Origin: an uncultured bacterium
GTDB taxonomy: Bacteria; Spirochaetota; UBA4802; JAGODF01
Assembly (NCBI GenBank): GCA_937921485.1
Contig: CAKZSV010000035.1
Span: forward strand, 5,949-69,948
DNA: 64,000 nt
Direction: 5' to 3'
A model generated the notes under the pieces. The model made no database searches. It was given only the letters and a program-made list of their open reading frames with translations, and was not told the DNA's origin. Below, one piece after another: positions 1-8,993 of the stretch (position 1 is its first letter; every line of letters begins with the position of its first letter). A program made the translations under genes and the position numbers.

Positions 1-1
1 C

Positions 2-2206
2 GGAAAAAAAGGCCTAAGCCTTCTTGGCGAAAAGCTCCCAACCCGAGAGCTGGCCGTCGCATCCAGCATCATCCGCGAAATCCTGTTGGGCATTATGCAA
101 TCATTCATTACGCCGCTGTTACGAAAGAAACGCAAAAAAATCGAACGCGATGAACGGATCATCTGGATTTATCTCGACCTCGGCTGGTCGTATATTTTAA
201 GCGATATTCTAAAATATGTTCGCACCACGCTGCGCACAAAAAACATCGCACAGTGGAGGATAGGTCCTTCTTCGTATCTGGCCATGGCGCACGCAATCAT
301 GGGCAGTCTCTGGATGTCGATCGGATTTTTCAGGAAATCCGAAAAGTGCTTTGATCAGGCGCTGAAGCTATACGATACATTCACCGATCAGTGGGGCCGA
401 GGGCAGACGCTTCAGTGGCTTGCCTATTCGCAGGAATGGAAGGCGGATTATAGCAAAAGCCTTCATTATTTTATTGAAAGTTACAATATATTCCGATCCA
501 TCGGCGATGTACGGGAAATGGGGATGTGCGTTGCGGGAAAAATTCACAACTGCACCTACACTTCCGATTATGCCAGCGCGGCGAAAGCGCTCGATGAATA
601 TCTCGATATTTCGACAAAAACCGGAGATGATTACGGGATCAGCGAATCCTGGACATACCGCTCGCGATACTACCTTGAAATCGGTAATCTTGCAAAAGCT
701 GAAGAGTGCGCGCTCAAGGCATTCAATCACAGTCTGGAGAAGAATGTTTTATTCACTCACTGCCGCGCTTCAATTGAGCTCGGATCGTGCCTTCTCGAAA
801 TGAATGAAGTTCCCCGCGCTCTTCACTATTTGCAGCATGCCAAGGATCTATTCGAGTCGGGAAATTTTCTCCGCCACTACACGGTGCATCTTTTCTATCA
901 TCTCGCCGATGCGATGCTGTATTCACTTCTGAACGGCCGATTGGAGGGCACACGCGTTCCGGTATCGCAATTGAAAGAAATAAAAAAAATCGTTTCACGG
1001 GCTCTACGAGAGAGTACACGCTGGAGAACACATCGCCCCGGCGCTCTTCGAACCGCCGCTCATCTTTATGAAGCCGAAGGAAAAATCGCAAAAGCTGAAC
1101 GCTTCTATGCGGCGTCGATTGAAGAAGCGCAGAAAACCGGCCGCAGATACGAAAAAGCGCTTTCAATTATCCAGCTTTCAAGACTTCTTTTACAGCACGG
1201 CAAGGAGAAAAAAGCTATTGCTCTTTTAAATGACGCGCTATCAATTGCATCTCAAATTGGAGCGCAAGGAATTATAAAAAAAATTGTCGCGCTGCTTGGG
1301 TTTGAACGCGAGGACATACCAAATGCAAAAACCATCATCCGTTCCATAGGCGAAAAAAAACTCGCGGAAGCAATCAAACTCTGCGATGAAATTGCAACAG
1401 GCAAAGATCCAGAAACCGTTCTGGAGCGGATTATGTTAGCTTCTCTGCAAATCACCGGTGCCCAGCGCGCATTTCTTTTTCAGATAGACGCCGAAAGCGG
1501 TCTTCCGGTGCTGCGGGCATCGAAAAACATTTCGGGGGGATGCCTGCCGGAATTTTCCCGAACCATCATCGATGAAGTCATTGCAACGGGAACACACATC
1601 ATCATAAGCAACGCCGGCGAGGATGTTCCCTTCCAGGGGCAGAAAAGCGTGCTGCTCGGTGAATTGAAATCGGTGATGTGCATGCCTGTCAGATTGTCAA
1701 ACCGCCTTGCCGGCGTATATTATCTGGACAATCCGCTATCAACGGGAGTTTTTTCTGAAGATGAAGCAAAAATGCTCGAAGCGCTTCTTTCGCGCGCCGC
1801 CGACTCTCTCAAAATTGTTCTTGAAAGCGTAAGCACCGTTGCCGCAATTTCATCAGCCGCTGCGCAGGAAGAAAAGATAACCCCCATATTACAATATATA
1901 GGAGAAAATTACGCACTCGATATCTCACGCGAAAGCCTGGCAGAGGAGTTCAACCTGAACCCCGATTATTTGGGGAAAATATTCAAAGCCGCAACAGGAA
2001 AAAAAATCGGAGAGTACATCAACGAGCTTCGGATTAAAAACGCGGCAGAGAAGCTTTCCTCAACCGACGCGCTCATCATCGACATCGCCTACTCCACCGG
2101 TTTCGAAAGCCTGAGGACATTCAACAGAGCGTTTAAAAAAGAAATGGGTTTGAGTCCGACGAAATACCGCGAAAAATTTAGCGGGGAAAAACATGGGAAC
2201 TCCTAA
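2..2206 (+). CDS. Large transcriptional regulator with a TPR-like N-terminal region, a GAF domain and a C-terminal AraC-type HTH. The 5' end may lie upstream of the window.
   Basis: The 706-aa tracked ORF starts at TTG 86, but the frame has no stop back to base 2. The C-terminus 'DISRESLAEEFNLNPDYLGKIF...IIDIAYSTGFESLRTFNRAFKKEMGLSPTKYR' is a canonical AraC/XylS HTH pair. The mid-region 'ERIMLASLQITGAQRAFLF...VMCMPV...LAGVYYLDNP' is GAF-like. Confidence 0.85.
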   Translation, partial: GKKGLSLLGEKLPTRELAVASSIIREILLGIMQSFITPLLRKKRKKIERDERIIWIYLDLGWSYILSDILKYVRTTLRTKNIAQWRIGPSSYLAMAHAIMGSLWMSIGFFRKSEKCFDQALKLYDTFTDQWGRGQTLQWLAYSQEWKADYSKSLHYFIESYNIFRSIGDVREMGMCVAGKIHNCTYTSDYASAAKALDEYLDISTKTGDDYGISESWTYRSRYYLEIGNLAKAEECALKAFNHSLEKNVLFTHCRASIELGSCLLEMNEVPRALHYLQHAKDLFESGNFLRHYTVHLFYHLADAMLYSLLNGRLEGTRVPVSQLKEIKKIVSRALRESTRWRTHRPGALRTAAHLYEAEGKIAKAERFYAASIEEAQKTGRRYEKALSIIQLSRLLLQHGKEKKAIALLNDALSIASQIGAQGIIKKIVALLGFEREDIPNAKTIIRSIGEKKLAEAIKLCDEIATGKDPETVLERIMLASLQITGAQRAFLFQIDAESGLPVLRASKNISGGCLPEFSRTIIDEVIATGTHIIISNAGEDVPFQGQKSVLLGELKSVMCMPVRLSNRLAGVYYLDNPLSTGVFSEDEAKMLEALLSRAADSLKIVLESVSTVAAISSAAAQEEKITPILQYIGENYALDISRESLAEEFNLNPDYLGKIFKAATGKKIGEYINELRIKNAAEKLSSTDALIIDIAYSTGFESLRTFNRAFKKEMGLSPTKYREKFSGEKHGNS

Positions 2207-2462
2207 AAACTATTTCTACGGATATTCACTTATGGGCACAATATTTTAATAATCCTGCGAAATTCTCCTGGCCAAAATCAGACATCGCTTTTTTTGGCAA
2301 GATTCATGGTTAAACTATTATTATAATAATATCACAGGTGGTATTGTATCTCTTTCGTGGCATAGTACCCCCGTGGATATTTCGCCACGAAACGCGCATC
2401 ATCGCCCTTCTGTGGTCGGGCGGATGGATGCGATGTAACGGGACTCACAGCAACCGGGTTAG

Positions 2463-2488
2463 GGGCCGAATATCGGCCCGTTTTTTTT
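2463..2488 (+). terminator. Rho-independent terminator specific to the + strand
   Basis: GGGCCGA-ATA-TCGGCCC hairpin followed by T8. The minus-strand side has no T-run after the hairpin. Confidence 0.65.
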
Positions 2489-3747
2489 CAAGGAACATTC
2501 CTGCCTTTGGGGACGGTTATTATCACCGAGTCGATTGCCTTATCGTTTCCTTCCTGCACCTTGAATCGGAATTCATCGATTTTAAAAACCTCGCCAACCT
2601 GCGGAATCCTGCCCAAATGCGCGGTGATGAATCCGGCGAGAGTCTCGAACCCTTTCTTCTCAATATGTAGCCCGAACTTTTTTTCGAAGTACTCGATATC
2701 GGTATCGCCCCTGACAAGGTAATTCCGATTCTGAAGCTCCTTTATGAGGTCGGAATGAGGATGATCTCTTGTCTGTATTTCCCCCACAACCTCTTCGACG
2801 ATGTCCTCGGTGGTCACCAGCCCTTCCACGCCGCCGAATTCATTGACGACAAAAAGCATCCGGACATCATGTGCCTGCATTTCCAGGAAAAGCTCATCGA
2901 CCTTCTTTGTGGAAGGAATAAAATACGGTTTGCGAAGCACCTCATCGACCTTCTTCACGCTTTCCTTTTCAAGGAGGTCCCGATAGTACACATATCCGAC
3001 GATATTGTCAACCCTCTGCTCATATACCGGAATCCTGCTGAAGCGCGTTTTCCCGATAAGCTGCACCAGCTTTCGAATCGTCTCCCCTCTTTCAATTGAA
3101 ATCACATCAATAATCGGCGTCATGATTTCATGCGCGGTAATGGAGTGCAAATCCATTATTTCATCGATGTACTCCTGGTGCTTTTTGCGGATGATGCCTT
3201 CTTTTTTACCGAGGCTGAAAAGCATTTCGATTTCATCGCGCGATTTAATAAAGCTGGAGCCGGCAGCATCGAACCTAAATACTTTTTTTATGATTGATGT
3301 CAGGCCGGAAGAAAGCGCCGTGAGCGGAAAGAAAAGCGTTTTCACGAGATAGACCGGATATACATAGGCCATGAGCAGCGCATCGGCTCTGCTTCGAGCA
3401 ATCACTTTCGGCAAAATTTCCAGCGCAACCAGAAAAAACACCGTCTGCACAGCGGTGACGATAAACACGGTAACATCGGTAAGCACCAGATGTTTGGCTA
3501 CAACAAACATAATGAATGCCGTCGAGGCGATGTTGGCGATATTGTTGCCTATCAGCGAAAGGCTGATGGAATTTTCCCGCTCGTTGATGATTGCCAGCGC
3601 CCTTCTCGCCCGGGAACTTCCCCTCTCGGCAAAAGATTTCAAGCGCATGGGGTTTGCGGACATCACGGCCGTTTCAAATGAAGAGAAGAAAAACGACAGA
3701 ATGATGAAAATACCGATACCTATTTCATACATCAAGTACATTGTCAT
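2488..3747 (-). CDS. CNNM/CorC/HlyC-family transporter (DUF21 membrane domain, CBS pair, CorC_HlyC C-terminal domain)
   Basis: 419-aa ORF. N-terminal TM region 'FFFSSFETAVMS', a central CBS-like region, and C-terminus 'ETLAGFITAHLGRIPQVGEVF'. The start overlaps the upstream stop in an ATGA. Confidence 0.88.
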   Translation of the reverse strand: MTMYLMYEIGIGIFIILSFFFSSFETAVMSANPMRLKSFAERGSSRARRALAIINERENSISLSLIGNNIANIASTAFIMFVVAKHLVLTDVTVFIVTAVQTVFFLVALEILPKVIARSRADALLMAYVYPVYLVKTLFFPLTALSSGLTSIIKKVFRFDAAGSSFIKSRDEIEMLFSLGKKEGIIRKKHQEYIDEIMDLHSITAHEIMTPIIDVISIERGETIRKLVQLIGKTRFSRIPVYEQRVDNIVGYVYYRDLLEKESVKKVDEVLRKPYFIPSTKKVDELFLEMQAHDVRMLFVVNEFGGVEGLVTTEDIVEEVVGEIQTRDHPHSDLIKELQNRNYLVRGDTDIEYFEKKFGLHIEKKGFETLAGFITAHLGRIPQVGEVFKIDEFRFKVQEGNDKAIDSVIITVPKGRNVP

Positions 3748-4988
3748 CTCTCAAGGACTTCGATTTTCGCCGCACGGTTTTTCCTCACGCTCATCACCTT
3801 CAGACGAAAGCGGGACGTGGCGACTTCGTCGCCTTTCCGCGGAAGGCGCTCAAGCTTTTCGGCAATGTAGCCACCGATCGTCTCCGTTTCGAGACTCTCA
3901 ATAGTATCGCTGAAAGCCGCATTGAAATCATCAATCTGCATTTCGCCCGATATCATCACCGTCTTTCCCTTTGTGATGCGGACATCGGACTTCCGTGCAT
4001 CTTCCCAGACATATTCTCTGCCGATGATTTCCGAAAGAATGGTCCCAAGCGTCACCACTCCGGCGGTTCCGCCGTATTCATCCATCACAATCGCAATCTG
4101 AATTTTTCTCTTTAAGAAATCAGCTAAAAGCTCATCCAGTTTTTTACTTCCCGGATAATGGACGATTGACATCAAAAATTTTTTTATACCCGAAGCGCGT
4201 TTATAGCCTTTCACATAGGGGAGAAGTTCGCGTGAATCAATCACCCCCACCACGTTATCGATATCGCCGTCATACACCGGAAGGCGTACCGCATCGGCGC
4301 GCAGAAAAATTTCCATCGCCTCATGGACAGACGCCTGTAATGGAATGAAATGCGCCTGAGTTCTCGGAATCATCACATTCAAGGCTTCTTTGCGCGAAAA
4401 CCGCAGGACATTTTTAATAAAGTTTCCTTCCTCCTTATTGAGCACTCCTTCAATCTCCCCGAGGCGAATGGCCATATCGAGTTCCTCCGCGGTGATGGTA
4501 TCCCATCGCACGGCGTGTATGTTAAACAAATCGGAGAGCATATTTATGAACGCAACCAAAAGCAGGCGAACGGGCATAAGCAGCGCGTGAAAGAACTTCA
4601 CAGGAGGAACCACCAGCCGCGCGACAAGCATGTTGTTGTGCATGGATACCATTTTGGGGAGAATCTCGCAGAGGAGAATAATCAGAGGCGTCATGATTGC
4701 TATGCTTATGAAGTGGCCATAGCTTTCAAAAATATTCAGCATGATTTTCGTGGCAATGGCGGTGGAAGCAAGATTCACGAAAAGATTTCCAAGCAGAATC
4801 GTAACCAGAATATGCTGGGGACGCTGCATAATATGCGCGATATACGTTTCGCTCTTTCTGGCGGAATGCTGAAAACGGTAGAGGTCTGATTTTCTAAGGG
4901 AGAAAAAAGCGGTTTCGGTGCCGGAAAAAAAAGCGGAAAGGACAAGGCTCAAACCCAGCGCGGCATATTCTAAGAAGCTCACGACCAT
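3744..4988 (-). CDS. CNNM/CorC/HlyC-family transporter, tandem paralog of the downstream gene
   Basis: 414-aa ORF with the same DUF21/CBS/CorC architecture ('FFSGTETAFFSL', 'ETIGGYIAEKLERLPRKGDEV'). Confidence 0.88.
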   Translation of the reverse strand: MVVSFLEYAALGLSLVLSAFFSGTETAFFSLRKSDLYRFQHSARKSETYIAHIMQRPQHILVTILLGNLFVNLASTAIATKIMLNIFESYGHFISIAIMTPLIILLCEILPKMVSMHNNMLVARLVVPPVKFFHALLMPVRLLLVAFINMLSDLFNIHAVRWDTITAEELDMAIRLGEIEGVLNKEEGNFIKNVLRFSRKEALNVMIPRTQAHFIPLQASVHEAMEIFLRADAVRLPVYDGDIDNVVGVIDSRELLPYVKGYKRASGIKKFLMSIVHYPGSKKLDELLADFLKRKIQIAIVMDEYGGTAGVVTLGTILSEIIGREYVWEDARKSDVRITKGKTVMISGEMQIDDFNAAFSDTIESLETETIGGYIAEKLERLPRKGDEVATSRFRLKVMSVRKNRAAKIEVLER

Positions 4989-5015
4989 CAGAAATACCGT
5001 ATCGAACGAAATACT

Positions 5016-5906
5016 TTATTGCTTGATGTCAAGGTGAACCGAAATAGTAAGCGCACTCTCCATTCGATTCCCATTGAAATCTGTCGCGATAACCTTGACG
5101 CGGTTTTCGCCTTCAACATACTTCGCGCCGGCAATACGATAATACCCTTTCTCATCGAAAAGATCCTGCGAGGCAAATCCCCCCACTGTCAAGATATTTT
5201 TTGAAGAATCGATTTCATTGAATTCAACATCCAGCACCGTCCGATCGTTTATCTGCACCGCAAGTTTGTACACACCCAGCCGCTCTCGCTTCGAAATCGT
5301 GTCGGTAATTTCAAGAAGCAGCGGATGATGGGCGGTGATGCGGTAATTGCCTTTATCGCGGAGCTGAATATACCGATCGCCAATGCGAAACCATGTCGCA
5401 ACATGAGCAGGCTGTTTTGCGTCTTCAATTTTCGGCAAAACAGAAAAAGGGTTAATGGATTTTTTCCCGGTTCGATTATACAGCGTGAAGTGCAAATGCG
5501 TCGCCATGGAATGTCCGGTGTTCCCCATGCCTCCTATCGCATCTCCATCGTGATATGTGCTTTTTGGCGCGATTCCATCGACGAGATGTCCATACATGCT
5601 GATTAGATCATTTCCATGATCGAGGATTACATAATTCCCGATCCCCGGATATTCATCAAACGGGAAGCGCGCTTTATTCCAGTAGAAAACAAGATCCCCG
5701 GAATTTACCGGATACACCGTTTGGTCGGGAGAGATTACATCCATGCCATCATGAAAATGATCCCACCGCGATTCACCGAAAGTCGAAGTGATAAGTGGAC
5801 TTTCAACCGGCCATCGAAACGACAGGTGCATAAAGGACAAAATCAGCATTGCCAGCGGCACAACGCATGACCGCATCAACCTTGCAATCTTAATTTTTAT
5901 CGCCAT
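5016..5906 (-). CDS. M23 family metallopeptidase (peptidoglycan endopeptidase)
   Basis: Motifs 'HFHDGMDV' (HxxxD) and 'GNTGHSMATHLHFTLY' (HxH). The tracked ORF runs to 6113, but that extension overlaps the PBP gene. ATG 5906 ('MAIKIKIARLMRSCVVPLAML', signal-like) is the likely start; ATG 5876 is an alternative. Confidence 0.85.
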   Translation of the reverse strand: MAIKIKIARLMRSCVVPLAMLILSFMHLSFRWPVESPLITSTFGESRWDHFHDGMDVISPDQTVYPVNSGDLVFYWNKARFPFDEYPGIGNYVILDHGNDLISMYGHLVDGIAPKSTYHDGDAIGGMGNTGHSMATHLHFTLYNRTGKKSINPFSVLPKIEDAKQPAHVATWFRIGDRYIQLRDKGNYRITAHHPLLLEITDTISKRERLGVYKLAVQINDRTVLDVEFNEIDSSKNILTVGGFASQDLFDEKGYYRIAGAKYVEGENRVKVIATDFNGNRMESALTISVHLDIKQ

Positions 5907-8205
5907 CACTCTGCTCCTTAATTTCGTGTTGTTCCGGCGTTTCCGTTTTATGCAGTTCGCAATAACTCCCCGGTTCGGTGCCGGCAATGAATATCTCATC
6001 GGGCACCACATCTTTGCACGCATTCTCAACTGGCACGCTGCCGGATTGCAGGCATATCGATTGCGTGGTGATACCTTCTTCCGGAAAACGGAAATTACCG
6101 GGCGATTGATCACGGTATATCTGCGTAATGAATTGTATCCAGATAGGAACCGAAATTACGGCAGCCGCCCTGCCCTCGCCAAGCGAGATGGCGCCGCGCC
6201 TGTTGCCAATCCAGATCGATGTCACCAGATCGGCGGTGTAGCCCACAAACCAGGCATCGTTGAAATTTGAGGTGGTGCCCGTCTTTCCGGCAATGGCAAA
6301 AGGAATATTCCTGTTTTTAATCGTGAAATATGCGGTACCCTCAGGGCGAAAAATTCCTTTCATCATGGAAACCATCACCGCGCATGCGGCGGGATCGGCG
6401 ATTTTCCCCACGCGGCTTCTCGTGCGCTCGACCTCCTCCTTAACTTCTTCTTCATTATTCCATACCACCACACCCTGATAATCCTTCACAACCTTTATGC
6501 CGTAGGGTTTGATGAAATTTCCTCCGTTGAGGATAACCGCATGAAGCACCGAACTTTCCATCGGAGAAATTTCGTACGCACCAAGCGCAAGCGAAAGCGT
6601 TCGGCCGAAACGCTGGTTGAGCTGCTCATCGGAAAGATCAAGGCTCTTCTGGATGAAATCAAATATCCTGGAATAGCCTGTCTTTGCAAGAATCCGCACC
6701 GCCACCACATTGAGCGATTTTGCAAGCGCGAAATGCGCGGTTACTTCACCGTAATATTTATTATCGTAGTTGCGGGGAGTATAGTTTCCCGGGAAAGTCT
6801 CCTTCTCATCCAGAAGCCTTGTTGCGGGAGTTATATCGCGCGCTTCAATTGCGGCAAGATAGATAATCGGTTTGAATGATGATCCCGGCTGGCGGCGAAT
6901 TTGCGTGGCATGATCGTGCTGATTGGTTGAGGTAAAACTGTACCCGCCCACATACGCGATGATTTCCCCCGTAAAGGGATCGAGTGCGACAAGTGCGCCC
7001 TGGATATCCTCTTCGTCAACCTGCTTCGATTTGCCATACCGCTTTTTGTAGGCATCGCGTTCCCGTTTTACCCCATCGCGCAGCACCTTCAGGGCGACGT
7101 CCTGCTTTCGGCCATCGATGGTAGTATAAACCTGCAGGCCGCCGCGTTTGACCGCATCCTCGCCGAATTTTTCCACCAGCACGCGCCGAATTTGCTCATT
7201 GAAAAAAGGCGCGCGATTGATGCGATACGCACTGTAAATAAAGCTTCCGATGAGCGACGAAACAGGAACTCCTCTCTCATTAAAAGAGACATTCCATCTG
7301 GTGAGGAACCGCCGCATCAGGTAATCGGCGCGCGCACGATGAAGAAAACCGGCATCAACCATCGACTGGAGAATGCGCTTTGTCTTTTTAATTGAATTTT
7401 CAAGATTAGAAATGGGAGAATACAAAAGCGGATTGGATATCGTCGCAACAATCATCGCACATTCGACTTCGCCAAGCCCCTCCACGCCCTGGCCAAAAAA
7501 CATTTTTGCCGTGGCTTCCACCCCGTAGGCGCCATTGCCAAAATATATGAGATTGAGATACATGAGCAGAATATCCTGCTTATCGTAGCGCTCTTCGATT
7601 TCAAAAGCACAGAACATTTCATAAATTTTCCGCTTTATGGTCCTCCCCATGTCGGTGAAGAGTACCTTCGCAAGCTGCTGGGTGATGGTGCTGCCTCCCT
7701 GCACCACACGGAAATGAAGAATATTCATCGCAAGCGCGCGCAAAATTCCCTTCGGATTGACGCCGCGATGCGAATAGAAGTCTCGATCTTCGCTGGCAAT
7801 CACCGCCTGCACTAAAAACTTCGGTATCTGCGAATATGGCACAATCTCGCGCTTCTGCTCAAAAAATTCACCGATTATTTCATTGTTTCGATCATAAATT
7901 CTCGTGGGAATATCCACTACATGCGCGGAAACCTCAACGTCTTTTGACGTGAAGGTCATGCCTCTACGGATTTCTTCGGTTCTATCGATGAGGCGCTTGT
8001 AGCGCGCAAGCTTCTGAAGAGCCACGGCTTTATCTCCCAGCCAGCTTACATAGACTATGCCCACATACAGAGAAAAAAGCAGGGCTACCCCGCAGGGAAT
8101 ATACACAAATACGATTTTTTTGTGCGAAAACACCCACACGGCAATTATTCTGAGATAATCGAACAGTGTTGCGAGTAATTTTTTAAAGGTTTCCATATTG
8201 AGCAT
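5890..8205 (-). CDS. Class A penicillin-binding protein (GT51 transglycosylase plus transpeptidase; PBP1A-type)
   Basis: 771 aa. GT51 motifs 'EDRDFYSHRGVN' and 'GGSTITQQLAK'. Transpeptidase motifs 'SSFKP' (SxxK) and 'KTGTT'. N-terminal membrane anchor. Confidence 0.95.
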   Translation of the reverse strand: MLNMETFKKLLATLFDYLRIIAVWVFSHKKIVFVYIPCGVALLFSLYVGIVYVSWLGDKAVALQKLARYKRLIDRTEEIRRGMTFTSKDVEVSAHVVDIPTRIYDRNNEIIGEFFEQKREIVPYSQIPKFLVQAVIASEDRDFYSHRGVNPKGILRALAMNILHFRVVQGGSTITQQLAKVLFTDMGRTIKRKIYEMFCAFEIEERYDKQDILLMYLNLIYFGNGAYGVEATAKMFFGQGVEGLGEVECAMIVATISNPLLYSPISNLENSIKKTKRILQSMVDAGFLHRARADYLMRRFLTRWNVSFNERGVPVSSLIGSFIYSAYRINRAPFFNEQIRRVLVEKFGEDAVKRGGLQVYTTIDGRKQDVALKVLRDGVKRERDAYKKRYGKSKQVDEEDIQGALVALDPFTGEIIAYVGGYSFTSTNQHDHATQIRRQPGSSFKPIIYLAAIEARDITPATRLLDEKETFPGNYTPRNYDNKYYGEVTAHFALAKSLNVVAVRILAKTGYSRIFDFIQKSLDLSDEQLNQRFGRTLSLALGAYEISPMESSVLHAVILNGGNFIKPYGIKVVKDYQGVVVWNNEEEVKEEVERTRSRVGKIADPAACAVMVSMMKGIFRPEGTAYFTIKNRNIPFAIAGKTGTTSNFNDAWFVGYTADLVTSIWIGNRRGAISLGEGRAAAVISVPIWIQFITQIYRDQSPGNFRFPEEGITTQSICLQSGSVPVENACKDVVPDEIFIAGTEPGSYCELHKTETPEQHEIKEQSDGDKN

Positions 8206-8298
8206 GGCTGAAATTGTTTTGATATAATAATAATTTCAATGATTTTTTTATATCAGCATCGACGTCGTTATAAAATTTTATTGAATTGCACCCCAAAA

Positions 8299-8415
8299 GT
8301 GCTCTGACCCCACCGCTGGCAGGCTGCTCCATCTGCGGCACAAGCATCGGTTCGTGCGCTAAGGTGCTCTGACCCCGCTGCCGGCAGGCTGCTCCATCTG
8401 CGGCACAAGCATCGG
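8299..8415. repeat. Two 52-bp direct repeats (8299-8350 and 8364-8415) separated by 13 bp
   Basis: Both copies read GTGCTCTGACCCC, then 7 variable nt, then GCAGGCTGCTCCATCTGCGGCACAAGCATCGG (45 of 52 identical flanks). The period is 65 bp, not a multiple of 3. They sit in the intergenic region between the divergent PBP and 8631 genes. Confidence 0.9.
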
Positions 8416-8630
8416 AGTGATTATCACTCCATCGCCGGCACACTACGTATACTACATGAAAATGTATTTGACGAATAACGACAGAATTTATAGTGTTCCA
8501 ATTGCACAATAGCAATAGCTAAGAATAGCTATTCGTTTCAGTATATGTAAGCCTCGGTACTGGAGTATTCACCTCTTCTCTGCGCTCAGGAAATTATCTG
8601 AAAAAAAATATTAATTAAAAGGAGCACACC

Positions 8631-8993
8631 ATGAGTTTTTTTAAGGAAGCCGGAGATTCTCTTCTTCGCTACACCGAAAAAATCGTCAACAAAACAGAAG
8701 TATATGCAAAAATCGGCAAGCTCGTGCTTGAAATAAAAAAAATCGAAGCCGATATTTACAAAACGCAAAAAGAGCTTGGAGAATACGCATACAACAAGTT
8801 CAATGAAGGGGTACACGCAATCGAAACAATTGACCCGACGGTCACCGAAAAATGCGCAACAATCAAACAATATCACGATGCGATTGCCCGCAAAAGGGAA
8901 GAAATCGCTGAAATTCGAAGAATGGACCGGGAACGCTCTTCAGGGCAATCGGCAACAGGCGGCGCAGGGAGTCAGGACGGCACACAGCAATGA
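8631..8993 (+). CDS. Hypothetical coiled-coil protein (120 aa), translationally coupled to rnr
   Basis: RBS AAAGGAG lies 6 nt upstream of the ATG. The stop overlaps the rnr ATG (ATGA at 8990-8993). No family recognised. Confidence 0.7.
   Translation: MSFFKEAGDSLLRYTEKIVNKTEVYAKIGKLVLEIKKIEADIYKTQKELGEYAYNKFNEGVHAIETIDPTVTEKCATIKQYHDAIARKREEIAEIRRMDRERSSGQSATGGAGSQDGTQQ

Noticed and set aside
2338-2670. 110-aa + strand ORF
   Set aside because: It reads straight through the intrinsic terminator and then antisense into the CorC gene. It has no RBS.
5907-6113. Upstream 69 codons of the M23 ORF
   Set aside because: They overlap the PBP 3' coding region in another frame and are basic low-complexity sequence. 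A signal-peptide-like start exists at 5906.
8299-8415. Possible CRISPR array
   Set aside because: There are only two repeat copies, at 52 bp each with a 13-bp spacer. No cas genes are nearby and the repeats have variable centres. These are not CRISPR-like dimensions.
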